Shown: positions 38,042 to 43,788 of the stretch, piece by piece
Layout of the letters: each line of letters begins with the position of its first letter
How positions within the stretch are numbered: position 1 is the stretch's first letter
Assembly (NCBI GenBank): GCA_037441225.1
Contig: JBBISU010000021.1
Location: 1-43,788 of the forward strand
DNA length: 43,788 bases
Direction: 5' to 3'
Origin: Acidobacteriota bacterium
GTDB lineage: Bacteria; Acidobacteriota; Thermoanaerobaculia; UBA2201
The notes under the pieces: model-generated
The model's database searches: none
Seen by the model: the letters and a program-made list of their open reading frames with translations, nothing else
Told to the model about the DNA's origin: nothing
Program-made: the position numbers and the translations under genes

Positions 38042-38787
38042 TGAATTTATTTGAATTAGAAAAAAGGATAAATGAACTTTTGCAAATTGGAAATTTCAAT
38101 GATGATTCTATAAATGGAATCCAGGTTGAAGGAAAAAGGGAGGTAAAAAAAGTGGCAACGGGGGTATCTGCCTCCGTTGCCCTTTTTGATGAAGCAATTA
38201 AATTGGGTGCCGATGCAATAATTGTTCATCATGGCATTTTGTGGAGAGGAATGGATATTAAAATCTACTCTTCTTTTAAAGAAAGATTGAAGAAACTACT
38301 CTTAAATGATGTATCTTTATTAGCTTACCATCTACCTTTAGATGCCCATCCAGAGCTTGGGAACAATGCCCAAATTGGGAAAAAATTAAATTTAAGCAAC
38401 GGAATTCCTTTTGGTGAATATAAAGGAAACTTGATTGGCTTTTCTTATAACTGTAATTTTTCAATTGAAGAACTCTTAAAAAAAATGAAAGATTTATTTG
38501 GCGAACCAATAAACCATATTCCCTGCCAAAAGAAGTTGATAAAAAATATAGCAATTGTAAGTGGTGGGGCCCAAAAGGAATTTTTACAGGTTCAAGGTAA
38601 AGATATTGACTGCTTTATAACAGGAGAGATAAGTGAATTTGTTGTGGAATTGGCAAAAGAAATAAACTGTCACTTCATTTCTGCTGGGCATTATAGGACA
38701 GAGGTCTTTGGAATAAAGGCACTAACTGATTTTATAAAAGATTTGCAAATAGATACGAAATTTATTGATTTACCTCATTTTTATTAG
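38041..38787 (+). CDS. Nif3/YbgI-family dinuclear metal-centre protein
   Basis: NGIQVEG, IVHHG, YHLPLDAH...GNN, ITGE, AGHY.TE. Confidence 0.93.
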   Translation: MNLFELEKRINELLQIGNFNDDSINGIQVEGKREVKKVATGVSASVALFDEAIKLGADAIIVHHGILWRGMDIKIYSSFKERLKKLLLNDVSLLAYHLPLDAHPELGNNAQIGKKLNLSNGIPFGEYKGNLIGFSYNCNFSIEELLKKMKDLFGEPINHIPCQKKLIKNIAIVSGGAQKEFLQVQGKDIDCFITGEISEFVVELAKEINCHFISAGHYRTEVFGIKALTDFIKDLQIDTKFIDLPHFY

Positions 38788-38795
38788 GAAGAAAA

Positions 38796-39474
38796 ATGTT
38801 TTTAATTTATTTCATTTTATTATTTGGACTTAACTTATCAAATTTGGAATCAAATTTTTTCCCATTAAAAAAAGAACAAAATGGGTTTATAAAGGCATTG
38901 TTAAGTGGGAAGTTGAAAATAAAATTATCAAGAAAAATATATCTTGGACTATGGAAGTAGTTGAAAATTTTGAAACAAATGAGATAATTATAGCAAAAGT
39001 TAAGGGGCATCCAGATGATTTGGCTTGGTATGAGGAAGGGAAAAACCCTTCCGAAAGAGTAATTATTTGGGATGGAAAAGATTACTATGAAATTCAATAC
39101 AGTAAAAGCTACAATGAATTAATAGAAATGTATAAAAATAATAAGGAAGATTTTTTGCTTTTTTGAAACCAGATAATATTATCCTTTCTTTTCCTTTAGA
39201 AGAAGGGAAAATTTGGGGAAGTGATGATTCATTTCCTCGAGATGATAGTATGTATTGCTGGGTTTTAGAAGAAGTTGGTAATAAGAAACTTAAAATTAAG
39301 GGTTTAAAATCCAAAAAATTAGTTAAAGTTTTTTTGATTTCCTATGGCACTCTTCCAGACCATATTTTTATTGAATATGCGGAAGGAATTGGAATAATAA
39401 GATATGAATATGGACATCATGGAACTGTTTCGGAATGCAATATGAAATTAGCAGAATTCATTAAGGGAAAATAA
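38796..39474 (+). pseudogene. Exported hypothetical protein gene split by two -1 frameshifts (about 226 aa if repaired)
   Basis: Signal peptide from ATG 38796. Adding one nt in A7 (38867-38873) gives FFPLKK.TKWVYKG... running into ORF 38951-39166; adding one T in a T6 run (39151-39156 or 39159-39164) joins ORF 39163-39474 (FPLEEGKIWG...YAEGIGIIRYEY). Confidence 0.75.
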
Positions 39475-39536
39475 TATCTGTTTTTATTTAAAATTTTTTT
39501 GTTTTTTTTATTAAAAATGTTTTATAATATAAAGAA

Positions 39537-41036
39537 ATGAGAGAATCATCTTCAATTTTTAAACCTTTTCCAGAAATTGTTGCTGCTTTACACAGGCAGG
39601 GCAAGAGTGGAATCCTTGAATTCAAGGATGAGACATCTTCTTACAGGATTCATTTTCATAAAGGTTCAATTTTAGCTGTTGAAGGTGGAGGATTAAAGGA
39701 TGCTCTTTCCCAGCGTCTTGTAAATTCAGGGAAAGTTGCTCCTTGGGATTTAGAACTGGCAATGGAAGTTGCAAAAGGGGCAAAAGGAAAGAAATTGGGG
39801 CAAATTTTAATTGAAATGGGGCTTTTAAAAAAAGAAGCATTGATTTCAGAATTAAATCAAAAATTAAAGGATACTTTTACTGCTCTCTTTGATTTAGAAA
39901 AAGTTCAGTTTAATTTTTATGAAGAAGATGTCCAGCCATCTCTTTGGACGATAATTCCTACTTTTACAACAGCAGATTTAATATTGGAAGGTTGTAGAAA
40001 TATGAAAAATACCCTTCCAATAACAAGGATGCTCCGCTACCCGGAAAATTATTTGTCTGTTTCATCGGATGCAAAAATGATTTATCAAAAGGCAAAACTT
40101 TCTGAAAAGGAAAAGAGGATTTTATCTTTTTTAAAAGAGCCAAAACAAGTAAAGGAATTAATAGAATGGCTTGGTGGTGATAAATTTGAAACAATGAAGA
40201 TAGTTTATGGCTTAATTATTTCTGGTTTTTTGGATTTAACAAAAGAAAAACCAGCTGAAGTTTTTTCAATCCCTTTTCCACAGGAACAAACTGCAGTTCC
40301 TGTAACCCGTGGAGAAGTAGTTGAAAAATTTAACAAAATTGGCGTTGTTAATTATTATGAATTTTTGGGATTAAATACAGAGGTAAAGGAATTGCAAATT
40401 GAAAAGGCATTTCAAAATTTAGCATATAAATTTCACCCAGACCATGCAACAAATGAATCAATTTCTGATTTAAAGGACAAATTAGAAGCAATTTTTTTGT
40501 ACCTTGTAAAGATAAGAAATACTTTACGTGATCCAAAAACAAGAAAAGAATATGATAAGTCAATTAAAGAAGATAAAAAAGAATCAACAGTTGTGCGACT
40601 TTCATCAGCAGTAACTCATTATAAATATGCAATGAAAATGATTTCTCAAAGGAAGATTCAGGAAGCCATTATGTCCCTTTTGCAAGCTATTGAAAATGAC
40701 CCTTCAAATCCCCTTTATCCATATAAATTGGGGCAGCTTTTAAAAAGATTTCCAGATCAACAGAAGGAAGCAGAATTAAATTTTAAAAGGGCTTTGGAAT
40801 TAGACCCTTTAAATACAGACATTATGTTAGAACTGGCAGAACTTTATGTAAAAAATAATATGCAAGCAAAGGCAGAGTTATTATTCAACCAAGCATTACA
40901 GCTTGATCCATTAAACCCAGAATTACAACTAAGAGCAGTCCATTTTGTCTCTGAAAAAAAACTACCATTAAAAGAAATTGCAATATTTCTTTTAGGCGTT
41001 TTGGTTACTATAATTTTAAATAATATATTTTTTTAA
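39537..41036 (+). CDS. DUF4388-like + J-domain (HPD) + TPR protein with C-terminal hydrophobic anchor
   Basis: SG.LEF...IHF.KG N-domain with KLGQILIEMG; NYYEFLG...AYKFHPDH...LRDPKTRKEYD J-domain; TPRs; terminal IAIFLLGVLVTIIL. Confidence 0.85.
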   Translation: MRESSSIFKPFPEIVAALHRQGKSGILEFKDETSSYRIHFHKGSILAVEGGGLKDALSQRLVNSGKVAPWDLELAMEVAKGAKGKKLGQILIEMGLLKKEALISELNQKLKDTFTALFDLEKVQFNFYEEDVQPSLWTIIPTFTTADLILEGCRNMKNTLPITRMLRYPENYLSVSSDAKMIYQKAKLSEKEKRILSFLKEPKQVKELIEWLGGDKFETMKIVYGLIISGFLDLTKEKPAEVFSIPFPQEQTAVPVTRGEVVEKFNKIGVVNYYEFLGLNTEVKELQIEKAFQNLAYKFHPDHATNESISDLKDKLEAIFLYLVKIRNTLRDPKTRKEYDKSIKEDKKESTVVRLSSAVTHYKYAMKMISQRKIQEAIMSLLQAIENDPSNPLYPYKLGQLLKRFPDQQKEAELNFKRALELDPLNTDIMLELAELYVKNNMQAKAELLFNQALQLDPLNPELQLRAVHFVSEKKLPLKEIAIFLLGVLVTIILNNIFF

Positions 41037-41184
41037 AGCCATAGTAAAAAAATATTTAAAAATTGTTCGCTCTATAGTGACACGTATATTCCTTTTAATT
41101 TATGATGTAAATAAAGAGGGTTTTCAAAAAAATTAAGAAAGCACTTTATGTAAAGCTCAAAAAATTAAAAAATTGAAATTCCCC

Positions 41185-41210
41185 TTGACAACCGTTTTTT
41201 TTGGTATAAT
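41185..41210 (+). promoter_or_regulatory. Promoter with TTGACA and extended TGgTATAAT separated by only 14 bp including a T8 tract
   Basis: TTGACA (41185-41190) accgTTTTTTTTgg TATAAT (41205-41210). Confidence 0.65.
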
Positions 41211-41238
41211 TTCTTGAAATTTTTTTAAGGAGGTTGTG

Positions 41239-41316
41239 ATGCTGTTTATTAAAAATGAAGACAAGGATACCCAGAATAAAATAAAAATAATTAGTAGGTT
41301 ATATGAAAAAATTTAG
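41239..41316 (+). CDS. Putative 25-aa upstream ORF (MLFIKNEDKDTQNKIKIISRLYEKI)
   Basis: AAGGAGGT SD (41227-41234) just before GTG 41236/ATG 41239; overlaps the start of the 41303 gene out of frame. Confidence 0.4.
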   Translation: MLFIKNEDKDTQNKIKIISRLYEKI

Positions 41317-41713
41317 TTTTGCATTTTTATTATTATTCAATGTTTTTTTATTTTCTAATAACTTTGAAGAGCAAAAAACTCTAACTCTAACAATCCCTGA
41401 AACAGACCTTATTATAAAGGATATTCCAACTCATAATAAAAATGAAGCCATTGCTCATGTTCGTTCTCAATTAAATCAAATTTTTTCTCATCTTAAACAA
41501 ACATATATTGATCAAGCATTATCTAATTATGAAGAATATTTGAACCAGCAAGAAAGTCAACCTTATTTTAATCAAAGTACTATAGTTTTTGAATGTCAAG
41601 TTGCCTATGATAGACATGGCGAAATTATTGGTTGCACTGAGCCTCCTCTTGATTGTACATGTGTTATTGTTATTGGTAAAAAAACTTTTAATTCAGATGG
41701 TTTAACAAGGTAG
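41303..41713 (+). CDS. Small exported protein with C-terminal Cys-rich segment (C-x12-C-x6-C-x-C)
   Basis: Sec signal MKKFSFAFLLLFNVFLFS; Cys-free middle region; ECQVAYDRHGEIIGCTEPPLDCTC near the C-terminus. Confidence 0.75.
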   Translation: MKKFSFAFLLLFNVFLFSNNFEEQKTLTLTIPETDLIIKDIPTHNKNEAIAHVRSQLNQIFSHLKQTYIDQALSNYEEYLNQQESQPYFNQSTIVFECQVAYDRHGEIIGCTEPPLDCTCVIVIGKKTFNSDGLTR

Positions 41714-41766
41714 TTTTATTGATGAGTATCCTTGTCTTTTGTTAAAATATTAAAAGGAGGTTTAAA

Positions 41767-42675
41767 ATGAAAAACTTATTTCTTCTATATTTTTTACTTT
41801 TTCAGCCAATTTTATCGTTTCCATTAGAATTGGAAGAATTTCAAAGAATAGAACTTCCTCAATGCAAAAGTATAGATTCTTTGGTTATTCTACCCGATGG
41901 TTATGCGATTGCTGATAGCTATCAGCACAAAATTTTGATTTATGATAAAAATTTTTCTTTTATAAAATCCTTCGGAAAATTAAAGAAGACAGATGATGGA
42001 TTTGAAATATTTCTTTCTATGGCTTATTTTCCAAAAAATCTTTTATATATAAGCTCCCACTTTTCAAATGTTTCGATATTTAATCTTGAGGGAAATTTTT
42101 TAGGGACAATTATGACAGATGTAGGAGAAACAGTTAGATCAATTTTATATCAAAATGGTTTCATTATATTGGGAATTCCAAAGGAGCCATTAATAAGAAT
42201 ATATAAAGAAAATAAGCTGATTTCTTCTTTTGGTAAATTTCCAGATTATTATAAAAATTACCCTTCAGGAGCTATGATAAGTTTAGCTTCTTCATTTGAT
42301 ACTATTTATTGCGCATTGCCATTATCATATCCAATTTTAGGATTTACATATGAAGGAAAGAAAATAATAGAAATAGGTTCACCTGATTTAATGATTAAGC
42401 CATATAAAACACTTGATAATGAAGAAATAAAGGATTTTAAAAAAATAAGCGTAATAGCCCAAATTGTTTTGCTTAAAAATAAAATAATATCTGTTCAATT
42501 ATTGCCAAAAGGTCATTCTTATAAATATGCTTGGGATATCTTTTCCGTTGATGGAAAATTATTAAAATCAAGTTTTTTTATTAACTATTTCCTAATTTCA
42601 AATGATGGTGAAAATTTAATTTTACAAGATTATGAAAGAAAAAATAGAATAATTATAGCAAAGATTAAGGAATAA
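41767..42675 (+). CDS. Exported NHL-like (probably six-bladed) beta-propeller protein
   Basis: AAGGAGG SD; signal peptide; repeated blade motifs IAD...HKILIYDKN..FIKSFG, VSIFNLEGNFL, IRIY....LISSFG, WDIFSVDGKLL. Confidence 0.78.
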   Translation: MKNLFLLYFLLFQPILSFPLELEEFQRIELPQCKSIDSLVILPDGYAIADSYQHKILIYDKNFSFIKSFGKLKKTDDGFEIFLSMAYFPKNLLYISSHFSNVSIFNLEGNFLGTIMTDVGETVRSILYQNGFIILGIPKEPLIRIYKENKLISSFGKFPDYYKNYPSGAMISLASSFDTIYCALPLSYPILGFTYEGKKIIEIGSPDLMIKPYKTLDNEEIKDFKKISVIAQIVLLKNKIISVQLLPKGHSYKYAWDIFSVDGKLLKSSFFINYFLISNDGENLILQDYERKNRIIIAKIKE

Positions 42676-42837
42676 TGGATGATGTTGATTATAAAGTTCC
42701 AAAAGAGATATAATTTAAAATGCGAGTATATACAAAATTTTTTAAACATTTATGATAAAATATCTCTTAAGAATTGAATGATTTAATTAGTGAATTTCAG
42801 CTTGTGACTCATTATAAGATTATAATGGAGGTTTGGA

Positions 42838-43320
42838 ATGATATTTAGGCAATTTTTTTTAATGTTTTTTATAATTTCTAATACACTGTTTTGTGATATA
42901 AGAATCCCTCAATTTTCAGTGCAAGATCAGGAAAACAAACAAATAAATTTGGATTTTTCAAAAGCTGAATATACAGTAATTATATTAATGGATAGCAAAA
43001 CTTGTATTGCTTATTATAACGAAAAATCTGCTTGGGAAGAAATTTATAAAAATTATTCTTCTGAAGAGGTTCAAATTTTTGGGATTTTTTTAGATGATGT
43101 AAATATTAAGGAAATGATTAAAAAATATAATTTCATTTTTCCAATATATAAAGATAAGGGTGGGGCAAAAAAATATTTGGACTATGGCTTTTATCCAATG
43201 AAATTTATAATAGATAAAAATGGAAAGCTTTTATATATTGGTTTGCCAACTCGTTTTGAAGAAAGGAAAAATATTTTAAAGGAAGAATTGGATTATATAA
43301 TTTATTTTTATTCTAAATAA
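42838..43320 (+). CDS. Exported redoxin (TlpA/peroxiredoxin-like thioredoxin fold) with CxxY in place of CxxC
   Basis: GGAGGT SD; signal peptide; IPQFSVQD; TCIAY..E; FPIY.D; YP..FIIDKNGK. Confidence 0.78.
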   Translation: MIFRQFFLMFFIISNTLFCDIRIPQFSVQDQENKQINLDFSKAEYTVIILMDSKTCIAYYNEKSAWEEIYKNYSSEEVQIFGIFLDDVNIKEMIKKYNFIFPIYKDKGGAKKYLDYGFYPMKFIIDKNGKLLYIGLPTRFEERKNILKEELDYIIYFYSK

Positions 43321-43788
43321 GAAAGATAAAAAAACATAAAAAGATTTTTAATTAAATTATAAATAGAATTCTTTTAAAAAAATTAAAAGGATAGAAAGAC
43401 AAACTTAAAAATAATTTAATTTTGGAAAAAACGATAGAAATATTTGGATTTAAATTGCTGAAAATTCCATTATCTTTAATTATTTTTTTATGTTGAAAGT
43501 ATTAAATAATTATATAAAGTTGAAAGTTTTATTTATATTAACTTAAAAAATTTCTGTACATTATATTATTTTTTACAAGAATTTAGCATTTTTTTATCCT
43601 TTTTATGAAATTAAATTTATAAATACTAAAATAATATAATAATAAATGGAAAGACAAAATACCGTGGTATCTGTCAATAGCAGGAGAATGGACACAAGAG
43701 GAACATATAGAATTAGAATAAAGCAAATCAAAAGAAACATTGGAAGAGGTAAAAAGTAAAAAAAAGAAAAAGGAAAGCCAACAATAAT

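Noticed and set aside
39164-39166. Selenocysteine/TGA readthrough
   Set aside because: In-frame readthrough hits TAG after about ten codons; the -1 frame gives the coherent continuation.

Overview
Low-GC (roughly 25-30% by eye, not computed), densely packed chromosome segment of a diderm bacterium (it encodes LolA and an OM beta-barrel). The gene content (Ser/Thr kinase-PEGA + TPR, DUF4388-like/J-domain/TPR, carboxypeptidase-regulatory/TPR, FYDLN protein) looks Acidobacteriota-like, which is inference only. Most of the window is housekeeping: gap-pgk-tpiA-secG, two secondary transporters, an M16 peptidase, queG, an OsmC-family gene, pepP, lolA-tgt-yajC-secD-secF-ArnT-like, folK, tlyA, tlpA, an M19 dipeptidase, a MacA/MacB-like pair, pruA and a Nif3-family gene. 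I found no rRNA, tRNA, CRISPR array, transposase or integrase. Most interesting items: (1) a terminal three-gene secreted cassette (41.3-43.3 kb: Cys-rich exported protein, NHL-type beta-propeller, redoxin with CxxY) behind a consensus promoter whose 14-bp spacer contains a T8 tract, plus an upstream ORF with a strong SD; (2) about ten transcription-unit-leading genes that look leaderless (-10 box 5-8 nt before ATG/GTG, no SD); (3) a two-copy dispersed non-coding element built from ACGGACA-like heptamers, each copy just downstream of a GTAG-type REP hairpin and upstream of the gap or pruA promoter; (4) a secreted-protein gene broken by two -1 frameshifts in homopolymer runs.
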